DNA of 64,000 bases from Macrostomum lignano (taxonomy: Eukaryota), in the NCBI GenBank assembly GCA_002269645.1, contig NIVC01000725.1, positions 372,296 through 436,295 of the forward strand, read 5' to 3'. Both the position numbers and the translations under genes were made by a program. The notes beneath the pieces were generated by a model that was not told the origin of the DNA, ran no database searches, and worked only from the letters and a program-made list of their open reading frames with translations. Below, piece after piece: positions 24,201 to 36,298 of this stretch (position 1 is the first letter of the stretch; each line of letters starts with the position of its first letter).

Positions 24201-27200
24201 GAGTGAAGAGGGGACGCATTATATAATGGCGCGCATTTTGAAGGCGTGCAACTGAATGCAACTTCTGAAGGTCTCCTAGCATCCACCGGCCTGCGTGTGT
24301 GGCAACCGACTTTGCAGCAGAGCAACCAATTTTCTTGAATCCATTGCCGCATGTTGCCTCATAACTCATAAGTTTACGACTCGTTTCGCATGCTTGTTAA
24401 TGCAAGATTTTTTCTCTTGGTCTCGGGTCAGTCATCAAATTTATTCTGAACGAGTGGAACTCCTCCTCTGGAGGAGAAAGGGGAAGAACTCCCATCACCG
24501 GAATTCTGAAGGGGAAGAACTTCCATCAGCTAAAATTCCATGACTTGAATCCCATCTTCCAAATCATCTCCAAATCCTATACAATGCATTTCAATTACCG
24601 GATATCTTGTTTTCCCTATTTGCAAAAACTCACTGGCATTGTCCAGACTCGGACTCTCATGTCTCTGCTCTCATTTCTCATATCTCATTTCTCTCATATC
24701 ACCCTCTCCTTTCTTATCTCCCATCTTTCTGCCCTCCTTACTACCGTCTCCTGTCTCCTCTCTTTTCTCTCCTCTCCATTTTCTCTTCGCTCCTTTCCTT
24801 TCTCCTCTTATCTTCTCCCCTCTCTTCTCAAATCTCTCTCTCTCTCTTATTTTCTCACTCATCTCTTTTCTCATCGCATCTCTCATCTCTCCTCTTCTCC
24901 TCACTACTTTCCTCTCTTAACTCTCTAATCTCTGATCTTTCATCTCTCTCCTCTCTCTCTTCTCCTTTCGCTTCTCTCTCCTCTCTCTCCTCTCATCTCT
25001 ACTACCTTATTTATATCTTCTCCCTGGTCTTTTGTCTGTACTCTCTTCTCTCTATTTTTTATTCTATGTACATTTGGTACATGCCTATGCCTAAGAACCA
25101 TTAAAATGGCTCGGCTCGGCTCATTGGTTTTATGAGTCTATTTTGTCTTCTTAGCTCACTGTGTAACAATATGTGCAACAGAGATGTGCCATGCATTTTT
25201 ATTATTTTTAGGCACAGAATTTTAGCCTCATAGAATTTTCCAAGATGTACTCAGATCTTCGGTACCTAATATTGAATATTTTTGGAGGGCAAATCAAGTG
25301 CACTTTGTACTTATCTATAAAGTCAAACCCGATGTCGGAATTACTTAATAAGATGAATTTCAACTATCATATCACCTGATCAAATGGATGGACGAACTTT
25401 GTAGATTTCAAAGTTTAACTTCCCCATTGTGCGTCCATTTTTAACCAAAGTTAAACTCGATATTTTTTGCCATTGTAACCACTTGGTAACCACTCAAAAC
25501 TTTTTTAGGCTAACATTGTGTGTAAACCTGGACAAAACAACCTCACCTTCATACTCGCACACGGGAACAAACTTTGACACTGAGCCATTGGGGTCAACTA
25601 GCAGCTCAGAGTTGAAGGTGCTGGTCGATGACAGAGAGGCGGACATGAAGACTCTCTGGATTGTGTGGTTGCAAGTTAGGCCGGTAATCTGATGACCATT
25701 GCTCCATTGGAACTTTGATGTGGTAACTGAAAATTTGGAGTTAAATTTTGCAGGTTAAAATATGCATCAATTCTATTAGGAAAGTTAAATACCAAATCAA
25801 CAGGTAAAACGTATAGTCTTAAAAAGATGTCTGAGCACCACTCATTCCTACAGGTGAGACATTAGCCCTATGAAGATGTCTGAGCACCACTCACTCCTAC
25901 AGGTGAGACATTAGCCCTATGAAGATGTCTGAGCACCACTCACTAATACAGGTGAGACATTATCCCTTTGAAGATGTCTGAGCACCACTCATCCCTACAG
26001 GTGAGACATAAGCCCTATGAAGATGTCTGAGCACCACTCACTCCTACAGGTAAGACATTAGCCCTATGAAGATGTCTGAGCACCACTCACTAATACAGGT
26101 GAGACATTAGCCCTTTGAAGATGTCTGAGCACCACTCACTCCTACAGGTAAGACATTAGCCCTATAAAGATGTCTGAGCACCACTCACTCCTACAGGTGA
26201 TGCATAGCCCCATGAAGATGTATATGTAGTAGTAATCTTCAGAAAATCCTGGTCTTACTGTCGCACACAGCCTCAGTCCACAGTGCCGTGTATCCAAACG
26301 ACCTACTCAGCAAGTAGTTAAACAGGTACAGTCGTTTCGCTTCGCTGTCAGCTCGAACTAGCCGAGCCACGCCAGTGCTAGAGATGACGCTGCTATTGCA
26401 GAGCTCTGCAGCCTCCGAGTAGGAAGTTCTGCTGCGGCTGAACAGCTGGCTGTACAGGCAGAGGCCCAGCTGCTGGGAGTAGTGCGACTGCCAGTCTTTA
26501 GGCTCCTTCGGCTGCAGACACTGGCCTGAGGCGGCGGCCAGGTGGGCTAGAAATCGAGTAGAAATATTCAGTTATTCTTTTATAAGCATAGCTATATTGG
26601 GGCGCTAGCTACGGGGACGCCAGCTACAAAGGGGGCGCCAGCTACAGAGCAGGCGCCAGCTACAGAGGGGGCGCCAGCTACAGAGGGGGCGCCAGCTACA
26701 GAGGGGGCGCCAGCTACAGAGGGGGCGCCAGCTACAGAGGGGGCGCCAGCTACAGAGGGGGCGCCAGCTACAGAGGGGGCGCCAGCTACAGAGGGGGCGC
26801 CAGCTACAGAGGGGGCGCCAGCTACAGAGGGGGCGCCAGCTACAGAGGGGGCGCCAGCTACAGAGGGGGCGCCAGCTACAGAGGGGGCGCCAGCTACAGA
26901 GGGGGCGCCAGCTACAGAGGGGGCGCCAGCTACAGAGGGGCGCCAGCTACAGAGGGGGCGCCAGCTACAGAGGGGGCGCCAGCTACAGAGGGGGCGCCAG
27001 CTACAGAGGGGGCGCCAGCTACAGAGGGGGCGCCAGCTACAGAGGGGGCGCCAGCTACAGAGGGGGCGCCAGCTACAGAGGGGGCGCCAGCTACAGAGGG
27101 GGCGCCAGCTACAGAGGGGGCGCCAGCTACAGAGGGGGCGCCAGCTACGGAGAGGACGCCAGCTACAGAGGGGGCGCCAGCTACAGAGGGGGCGCCAGCT

Positions 27201-29299
27201 ACAGAGGGGGCGCCAGCTACAGAGGGGGCGCCAGCTACAGAGAGGGCGCCAGCTACAGAGAAGGCGCCAGCTACAGAGGGGGCGCCAGATACAAAAGGGG
27301 CGCCAGCTACAGAGAGGGCGCCAGCTACATGAAGGGGCGCCAGCTACAGAGGGGGCGCCAGATACAAAGGGGGCGCCAGCTACAGAGAGGGCGCCAGCTA
27401 CAGAGAAGGCGCCAGCTACAGAGGGGGCGCCAGCTACAGAAGAGGGCGCCAGCTACAGAGGGGACGCCAGCTACAGAGGGGACGCCAGCTACAGAGGGGC
27501 GCCAGCTACAGAGGGGCGCCAGCTACAGAGGAGGCGCCAGCTACAGAGGGGACGCCAGCTACAGAGGGGGGGCCAGCTACAGAGGAGGCGCCAGCTACAG
27601 AGGGGGCGCCAGCTACAGAGGGGGCGCCAGCTACAGAGGGGGCGCCAGCTACAGAGGGGGCGCCAGCTACAGAGGGGGCGCCAGCTACAGAGAGGGCGCC
27701 AGCTACGGAGGGGACGCCAGCTACAAAAGGGGCGCCAGCTATATGAAGGGGCGCCAGCTACATGAAGGGGCGCCAGCTACAGAGGGGGCGCCAGATACAA
27801 AGGGGGCGCCAGCTACAGAGAGGGCGCCAGCTACAGCGAAGGCGCAAGCTACAGAGGGGGCGCCAGCTACAGAAGAGGGCGCCAGCTACAGAGGGGACGC
27901 CAGCTACAGAGGGGACGCCAGCTACAGAGGGGACGCCAGCTACAGAGGGGCGCCAGCTACAGAGGGGGCGCCAGCTACAGAGGAGGCGCCAGCTACAGAG
28001 GGGGCGCCAGCTACAGAGGGGGCGCCAGCTACAGAGGGGGCGCCAGCTACAGAGGGGGCCAGCTACAGAGGGGGCGCCAGCTACAGAGGGGGCGCCAGCT
28101 ACAGAGGGGGCGCCAGCTACAGAGAGGGCGCCAGCTACGGAGGGGACGCCAGCTACAAAGGGGGCGCCAGCTACATGAAGGGGCGCCAGCTACATGAAGG
28201 GGCGCCAGCTACAGAGGGGGCGCCAGATACAAAGGGGGCGCCAGCTACAGAGAGGGCGCCAGCTACAGAGGGGGCGCCAGATACAAAGGGGGCGCCAGCT
28301 ACAGAGAGGGCGCCAGCTACAGAGGGGACGCCAGCTACAGAGGGGACGCCAGCTACAGAGGGGCGCCAGCTACAGAGGGGCGCCAGCTACAGAGAGGGCG
28401 CCAGCTACATAAAGGGGCGCCAGCTACAGAGGGGCGCCAGCTACAAAGAAGGCGCCAGCTACAGAGAAGGCGCCAGCTACAGAGAAGGCGCCAGCTACAG
28501 AGGGGGCGCCAGCTACAGAGGGGGCGCCAGCTACAGAGAAGGCGCCAGCTACAGAGGGGGCGCCAGCTACAGAGAAGGCGCCAGCTACAGAGAAGGCGCC
28601 AGCTACAAATAAGGCGCCAGCTACAGAGGGGGCGCCATCTAAAGAGGGGGCGCCAGCTACATGAAGGGGCGCTAGCTACATAAAGGGGCGCCAGCTACAT
28701 AAAGGGGCGCCAGCTACATAATGGGGCGCCAGCTACATAAAGGGGCGCCAGCTACATAAAGGGGCGCCAGCTACATAAAGGGGCGCCAGCTACATAAAGG
28801 GGTGCCAGCTACATAAAGGGGCGCCAGCTACATAAAGGGGCGCCAGCTACATAAAGGGGCGCCAGCTACATAAAGGGGCGCCAGCTACATAAAGGGGCGC
28901 CAGGTACATAAAGGGGCGCCAGCTACATAAAGGGGCGCCAGCTACATAAAGGGGCGCCAGCTACATAAAGGGGCGCCAGCTACATAAAGGGGCGCCAGGT
29001 ACATAAAGGGGCGCCAGCTACATAAAGGGGCGCCAGCTACACAGAGGGGGCGCCAGCTACAGAGGGGTGCCAGCTACAAAGGGGCGCCAGCTACAGAGGG
29101 GGCGCCAGCTAGGGTGCAGCTACAGAGATTTAATTGGTATTTATGGATGGACTACATGTATGATGCTAGTCTGGTATTATCTCATTACATGCATATCAAT
29201 CCATCAATTCGTGTCTACATATGCTTTATTAGTGGATAATCCATGATGAAACTCACCAGAAAACAGAAAAAGCAGTTTCAATCCCAGAGTCTCAGGCAT
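18218..29299 (-). CDS. Selectin-like type I membrane protein: signal peptide, C-type lectin, 4 divergent sushi/CCP modules, TM (629 aa)
   Basis: Exons 29299-29257, 26546-26259, 25726-25547, 24193-23891, 22850-22605, 21501-21214, 19514-19200, 18444-18218. All introns are GT-AG phase 1 and the total is 1890 nt. CTL motifs CLY..SYSEAAELC..ARLV..LWT..FQWSNG. Sushi-like exons C..VRFNC/VQC/VYC..GxW..C. TM LGVVVIVILIVFFTTIIVLDL. Confidence 0.85.
19905..20210 (-). mobile_element. tRNA-derived CORE-like SINE family B (intronic)
   Basis: Reverse-complement match to 44138-44450 including cacccagctgtaaaatgggtg, with a (taa)-rich tail. Confidence 0.88.
21690..22490. repeat. 21-bp minisatellite (intronic)
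   Basis: Unit gatccctcaatctcaccctca with cagat insertions. Confidence 0.93.
23070..23600. repeat. 20-bp minisatellite with two variant blocks (intronic)
   Basis: Units aagagacagaggcacctacc and aagagacaggggcggtcact. Confidence 0.93.
24660..25060. repeat. Pyrimidine-rich (CT) low-complexity tract (intronic)
   Basis: Nearly all C/T on the + strand. The ORFs here are artefactual. Confidence 0.9.
25826..26220. repeat. 49-bp minisatellite, ~8 copies (intronic)
   Basis: Unit gatgtctgagcaccactcactcctacaggtgagacattagccctatgaa. Confidence 0.93.
26610..29115. repeat. 17/18-bp GC-rich minisatellite, ~140 copies, in intron 1 of the selectin-like gene
   Basis: Unit gggggcgccagctacaga, drifting to ggggcgccagctacataa at the right end. 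Confidence 0.95.
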
Positions 29300-29783
29300 G
29301 TCAATCGTGACTGACTGCAGATATAGAATGGCGGGCGGTGTTGGCTCAATCCGTTCCCTTTATCTCAAGGAAGTCAAGTAAAAAAGTTTAACAAATAATA
29401 AGTTTAATGTTTATGAAGAATTCCTAAGTCGGGCTTAGCCGAGAGCGCCGAGGTGATATTTTTATAAACATCTGCGTTTTCCCGTCCTCTACCGTCGTTG
29501 GGGTGGCTGTTTGCATGGTTAGCAACGATTGGGGGTTTTTGGCAATGGAATTGTGAGACACAGTCTCAAAAATAATGTACAGAGCAAGCGTGTTGCCATG
29601 GGAGAACAGGATAAGTTGTTTGAGGTTGTTTAGCTCGCATTTGTTGCGTTGGAGCAGTTGGGAGGTAGGCCTGTTGAGTCCCTTCGGTTGCCATGCTCCG
29701 CGTGGTTGGCTGTCGGTCTCGGATGAGCCCGCTGCGCTGCTCACCCACCCTCCCCAGAGTTGGCCCAATGACCCCTTGAAGTT

Positions 29784-30162
29784 TTATTATTATTTTTTAT
29801 TAGAGGCAGGGGGGTTGTGTGCACCCTGGCACACTTTAAGCGACATAGGCACACAACCGGCGAGAGGCATTACTGCCCATTCCGCCGACTCCCCTGAGCA
29901 GGCACACAAGCGCGCGGATACGTACGCAGGCACACACTCACACAGGAGTGTACAGCGGCCCTAACTTTATATTATCGTTAGGCATGTACACTTCACTGCG
30001 CCTTGGGGGGGGGGGGGTTGGCTCTCAAGGCCGTTAATTACACGAGCAGAGCCAAGCCGAGATTCCAATTCAGCCCCAAATGAATGTGACTGCACTTGGA
30101 ATCGAGCCTGGGTCGCTGGCACACCAGAGCAGCTGCGCTACCGCTGGGCTACGGCCCCCCTT
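29784..30162 (-). mobile_element. tRNA-derived SINE family A, full length
   Basis: Head on the minus strand is GGCCGTAGCCCAGCGGTAGCGC..CCAGGCTCGATTCC (A and B boxes). TSD accccYtgaagtt at 29771-29783 / 30163-30175 (12/13 identical). Confidence 0.9.
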
Positions 30163-30309
30163 ACCCCCTGAAGTTACTGTTTTATCAGGACGTACCGGTA
30201 TTGCAAAATTCCACTTGTTTGCGTGTACTCGTACTCGTATTTAGCGATGCTTGCCTTTAAAGAAAGTTTCAAAAAACCTGCACTAGCTTTAACATAATGT
30301 TATTGCCAT

Positions 30310-30447
30310 AATTTGATTGATTACACCTGCCTCAATTGGGCAGGGGGGGTCGCCACACACCCTTAATTACCCCAGCTAATGCTGGCACCAATTTTACAGC
30401 TGGGTGAACTGAAGCAATGCAGAGTTAAGTGTCTTGCTCAAGAGAAC
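30310..30447 (-). mobile_element. SINE family B, partial (CORE plus 3' end)
   Basis: attttacagctgggtgaactgaagcaatgcagagttaagtgtcttgctcaa is the reverse complement of 44235-44285. Confidence 0.85.
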
Positions 30448-31009
30448 AAAAGAACAAGAGAACAGCAACTTCATCCGTTTATCCTTCCTGGGCGCTCCTA
30501 CAGAGTTTCCAACTGGATTCCCATCTGGTTGTTGTCCTTATGAGAATTACCTGACCACGCCTCAATGCCGCGAAAACGCCGGAGGAAGCACCGATAAGCA
30601 AGGGTAATCTTTACACTTTTTTCTACGAAAAGCCATGGCAACCAGCGCGAAAAGTCAATGCGCGAATTCTAGCTATCTATCTAGCAACCCTTATTCCCAA
30701 GCCCATCAATCGAGTGAATTTTTTTCCCATGCGAAGAATCGCAGATGTCGCATTTTTTCCGCTAACTGAGGCCTCCCATCGAAATTAATTGCTTAAGAAA
30801 TGCTCTTGCAAGCCACTTCCATTGCATTCAGATAGATGGAATTTTTTATTCCAAACCTTGCATTGAAACAGGCTTCACAGCCTCCAAGACAAAAGGTGCT
30901 CATTTTCCCACTGATAAAAAATGCCACGTCAGCAATATTGACAGCAATTGAGTGAATAAGCAGGTGAATTTCCGAGCCAAAGCTAATTTGGGAGGGGAAG
31001 AAAGCCAGG

Positions 31010-32832
31010 ATAGAGCTGCCAATCTACTCACTATGGTAGAGCTGCCAATCTACTCACTATGGTAGAGCTGCCAATCTACTCACTATGGTAGAGCTGCCAA
31101 TCTACTCACTATGGTAGAGCTGCCAATCTACTCACTATTGTAGAGCTGCCAATCTACTCACTATGGTAGAGCTGCCAATCTACTCACTCAGGTAGAGCTG
31201 CCAATCTACTCACTCAGGTAGAGCTGCCAATCTACTCACTCAGGTAGAGCTGCCAATCTACTCACTATGGCAGAGCTGCCAATCTACTCACTATTGTAGA
31301 GCTGCCAATCTACTCACTCAGGTAGAGCTGCCAATCTACTCACTATGGTAGAGCTGCCAATCTACTCACTATGGTAGAGCTGCCAATCTACTCACTATTG
31401 TAGAGCTGCCAATCTACTCACTCAGGTAGAGCTGCCAATCTACTCACTCAGGTAGAGCTGCCAATCTACTCACTATGGCAGAGCTGCCAATCTACTCACT
31501 ATGGTAGAGCTGCCAATCTACTCACTATGGTAGAGCTGCCAATCTACTCACTATGGTAGAGCTGCCAATCTACTCACTCAGGTAGAGCTGCCAATCTACT
31601 CACTATGGTAGAGCTGCCAATCTACTCACAATGGTAGAGCTGCCAATCTACTCACTATGGTAGAGCTGCCAATCTACTCACTATGGTAGAGCTGCCAATC
31701 TACTCACTATGGCAGAGCTGCCAATCTACTCACTATGGTAGAGCTGCCAATCTACTCACTATGGTAGAGCTGCCAATCTACTCACTATGGTAGAGCTGCC
31801 AATCTACTCACTATTGTAGAGCTGCCAATCTACTCACTATGGTAGAGCTGCCAATCTACTCACTATTGTAGAGCTGCCAATCTACTCACTCAGGTAGAGC
31901 TGCCAATCTACTCACTCAGGTAGAGCTGCCAATCTACTCACTATGGTAGAGCTGCCAATCTACTCACTATGGCAGAGCTGCCAATCTACTCACTATGGTA
32001 GAGCTGCCAATCTACTCACTATGGTAGAGCTGCCAATCTACTCACTATGGTAGAGCTGCCAATCTACTCACTATTGTAGAGCTGCCAATCTACTCACTAT
32101 GGTAGAGCTGCCAATCTACTCACTATTGTAGAGCTGCCAATCTACTCACTCAGGTAGAGCTGCCAATCTACTCACTCAGGTAGAGCTGCCAATCTACTCA
32201 CTATGGTAGAGCTGCCAATCTACTCACTATTGTAGAGCTGCCAATCTACTCACTCAGGTAGAGCTGCCAATCTACTCACTATGGTAGAGCTGCCAATCTA
32301 CTCACTATGGTAGAGCTGCCAATCTACTCACTATTGTAGAGCTGCCAATCTACTCACTCAGGTAGAGCTGCCAATCTACTCACTATGGTAGAGCTGCCAA
32401 TCTACTCACTATGGTAGAGCTGCCAATCTACTCACTATGGTAGAGCTGCCAATCTACTCACTCAGGTAGAGCTGCCAATCTACTCACTATGATAGAGCTG
32501 CCAATCTACTCACTATGATAGAGCTGCCAATCTATTCACTCAGGTACAACTGCAAATCTACTATGACTCACTCAGGTATAACTGCCATTCTATTATGACT
32601 CAATCAGGTAGAACTGCCAATCTACTATGACTCACTCAGGTAGAACTGCCAATCCACCATGACTCACTCAGGTAGAACTGCCAATCTACCATGACTCAAT
32701 CAGGTAGAACTACCTATCTACCATGACTCAATCAGGTAGAACTGCCAATCTACCATGACTCACTCAGGTAGAACTGCCAATCTACCATGACTCACTCAGG
32801 TAGAACTGCCAATCTACCATGACTCACTCAGG
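31010..32832. repeat. 26-bp minisatellite (~58 copies) grading into a ~32-bp derivative
   Basis: Unit ggtagagctgccaatctactcactat. After about 32530 the unit is caggtagaactgccaatctaccatgactcact. Confidence 0.95.
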
Positions 32833-33474
32833 CGCCGATAAGTTTTCAGTAAATAAGAAAGAAGAACCAGCACAGAATCTCCAACTGCTCTTTCATTTAA
32901 TCATAGCATAAAGAACTTTGTTTGTTAGTAACATGACTCACCACCAAAATATTACTAACCCGAATAGCATGATATTTAATCGTTAGTAAAATTAAACTCT
33001 CATTTAAAAACCAAAGGCACGTTGCATATATGATCAGAGAAAATCTAAATAACAAAGAAACCGGCAATAAACTGCAGTTGCTTACGCAATACGCTACTAA
33101 AAGTAGGCTAGTAGTGAACCTTTTTACATAATGCTTTTTACCTGTACAATAACACGAAAGCCAAAAAAACGTAAAAAAAGGTGAGAGAATAAGGACGGAT
33201 TCAAGTAAAAGAATTATTTAATATCTTTGGACGAAGTTCGTTTGCTTGGGCCAAATTGTGTTTTAAAGTGATCGTATACGCTAAAAGTGAACAAAGTACT
33301 CGTAGCTACCGACTAAAATAGCTGGACTGCGCAAGTACATACAGCATACGAAGCGAGTAATGCTGATTGCAGAATCATTTCGGAACGCTTAAAAAAGAAC
33401 TCTTTTTTTATCGGGAGACGGTAAAAGTCGTAAAACTCTCAAATTAAAAAAAGGTATTCTAGAGGGCTGTCCAC

Positions 33475-34283
33475 AGGACCATGAGGGGAACAGCGGCCCA
33501 CAGAAAGACCATGAGGGACAGCAGCGGCCCACAGAAGGACCATTGAGACAGCAACGGCCCGCAGAAGGACCATTGAGACAGCAACGGCCCACAGAAGGAC
33601 CATTGAGACAGCAACGGCCCGCAGAAGGACCATTGAGACAGCAACGGCCCACAGAAGGACCATTGAGACAGCAACGGCCTACAGAAGGACCATTGAGACA
33701 GCAACGGCCCGCAGAAGGACCATTGAGACAGCAACGGCCCGCAGAAGGACCATTGAGACAGCAACGGCCCGCAGAAGGACCATTGAGACAGCAACGGCCC
33801 ACACAGAAGGACCATTGAGACAGCAACGGCCCACAGAAGGACCATTGAGACAGCAACGGCCCGCAGAAGGACCATTGAGACAGCAACGGCCCGCAGAAGG
33901 ACCATTGAGACAGCAACGGCCCACAGAAGGACCATTGAGACAGCAACGGCCTACAGAAGGACCAATGAGACAGCAACGGCCCGCAGAAGGACCATTGAGA
34001 CAGCAACGGCCCGCAGAAGGACCATTGAGACAGCAACGGCCCGCAGAAGGACCATTGAGACAGCAACGGCCCGCAGAAGGACCATTGAGACAGCAACGGC
34101 CCGCAGAAGGACCATTGAGACAGCAACGGCCCGCAGAAGGACCATTGAGACAGCAACGGCCCGCAGAAGGACCATTGAGACAGCAACGGCCCACACAGAA
34201 GGACCATTGAGACAGCAACGGCCCGCAGAAGGACCATTGAGACAGCAACGGCCCGCAGAAGGACCATTGAGACAGCAGCGGCC
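33475..34283. repeat. 30-bp minisatellite directly 3' of the CFAP20DC stop codon
   Basis: Unit ggaccattgagacagcaacggcccgcagaa, about 27 copies. Confidence 0.95.
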
Positions 34284-34286
34284 CAT

Positions 34287-36252
34287 TCACAACAGCTCAT
34301 AGTACTTATAAGTCTTTGGATCAAAGTAGCAATTCAGCGACGGATCGTACAGCAAGTCGATGAGGTCGCCGCGGTCCTCGCCGCCGCTTTGACTCGACCC
34401 GCGCGAGTCCGACGCTGCCGATGAGGGAGTCGCGGCGGCAGCGGCGGCGGCGGCAGCTGGGGCGGCGGTGGAAGCGGGAACTGACTGAACTGGCGGGCTC
34501 AGAACCCGATTGAAGCTCTGCTCCAGCGTCTCGTCAGACACCCTGGCGCCCATCATCTCCAGCTTGTGATGCTGGCCTGGCGAGGGCACCCGCAGCTTCT
34601 GCCGGTAGGTGCTCAGCGTGTCCGTGTCGTCGTCGTCATCGTCTGAGCTGCTCGCCGACTTGTCGTGCAGGTGCTTGGTGAGCCGCTTCCGGGGTGACTG
34701 CAGGGTTGGGGGGGAGGGTGTGTCTGTCAGCTGTTTGCCCTGTCTGTCAGCTGTTTGCCCTGTCTGTCAGCTGTTTGCCCTGTCTGTCAGCTGTTTGCCC
34801 TGTCTGTCAGCTGTTTGCCCTGTCTGTCAGCTGTTTGCCCTGTCTGTCAGCTGTTTGCCCTGTCTGTCAGCTGTTTGCGCTGTCTGTCAGCTGTTTGCCC
34901 TGCCTGTCAGCTGTTTGCGCTGTCTGTCAGCTGTTTGCCCTGTTTGCCCTGCCTGTCAGCTGTTTGCGCTGTCTGTCAGCTGTTTGCCCTGCCTGTCAGC
35001 TGTTTGCGCTGTCTGTCAGCTGTTTGCCCTGTTTGCCCTGTCTGTCAGCTGTTTGCCCTGTCTGTCAGCTGTTTGCGCTGTCTGTCAGCTGTTTGCCCTG
35101 TTTGCCCTGCCTGTCAGCTGTTTGCGCTGTCTGTCAGCTGTTTGCCCTGCCTGTCAGCTGTTTGCGCTGTCTGTCAGCTGTTTGCCCTGTTTGCCCTGTC
35201 TGTCAGCTGTTTGCCCTGTCTGTCAGCTGTTTGCGCTGTCTGTCAGCTGTTTGCCCTGTTTGCCCTGTCTGTCAGCTGTTTGCGCTGTCTGTCAGCTGTT
35301 TGCCCTGTTTGCCCTGTCTGTCAGCTGTTTGCGCTGTCTGTCAGCTGTTTGCCCTGTTTGCCCTGTCTGTCAGCTGTTTGCACTGTCTGTCAGCTGTTTG
35401 CCCTGTCTGTCAGCTGTTTGCGCTGTCTGTCAGCTGTTTGCGCTGTCTGTCAGCTGTTTGCCCTGTTTGCCCTGTCTCTCAGCTGTTTGTGCTGTCTGTC
35501 ACTTCCACTGAATCTGTCACTCCCACTGAATCTGTCACTCCCACTGAATCTGTCACTCCCACTGAATCTGTCACTCCCACTGAATCTGTCACTCCCACTG
35601 AATCTGTCACTCCCACTGAATCTGTCACTCCCACTGAATCTGTCACTCCCACTGAATCTGTCACTCCCACTGAATCTGTCACTCCCACTGAATCTGTCAC
35701 TCCCACTGAATCTGTCACTCCCACCGAATCCGTCACTCCTACTAAATTTCACTCCCACCGAGAATCTGTCACTCCCACCTAATATGTCAGTCTCAACAAT
35801 TCTGTCACTCTCACCGCATCTGTCACTCCCACGGAATCTGTCAGCTTCTTAGCCTGTCTGTCACTATCTGCCTTATCTCTTACTATCCATCTACCTGTCA
35901 ATCTTCACCTATCTGTCACTCTTAATCATATCGTCACGCCTATTTATCACTTTTCAATTCTACTCCTAATTTCTCTGTCACTCTGTCTAGCTTTTTTCCT
36001 CACCAACCTTCCCTAAATGCTCCTCCTCCTACCTTGTCGTCCTCGGCATCTGAGGTGGCCTCGTTTTTCAGATCCTGCAGCATTTGGGCTTCGAAGCTGT
36101 CGGAGAGGTCCGTCATTTTGTACTGCCGGAGGTTCAGAGCCGGCCTTGGTGAGGCACCAGCCTGGAGGGTTCGGTTGAGAATTCGGTTGATCAATCAGTC
36201 AAGCAACCAATCGACCAATCAATCAACCTATCAACTAATCAATCAACTAATC

Positions 36253-36298
<46 letters not shown>

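Noticed and set aside
27329-28612. 427-aa repetitive ORF (GAPATE / GGASYR)
   Set aside because: It lies in the 18-bp array inside intron 1 of the opposite-strand gene and switches repeat frame repeatedly.
33389-35852. Cys-rich ORFs (CPVCQLFALSVS, GRCCLNGPSA) that look like metallothionein or keratin-associated proteins
   Set aside because: They are products of the 20- and 30-bp arrays overlapping the CFAP20DC intron and 3' UTR.
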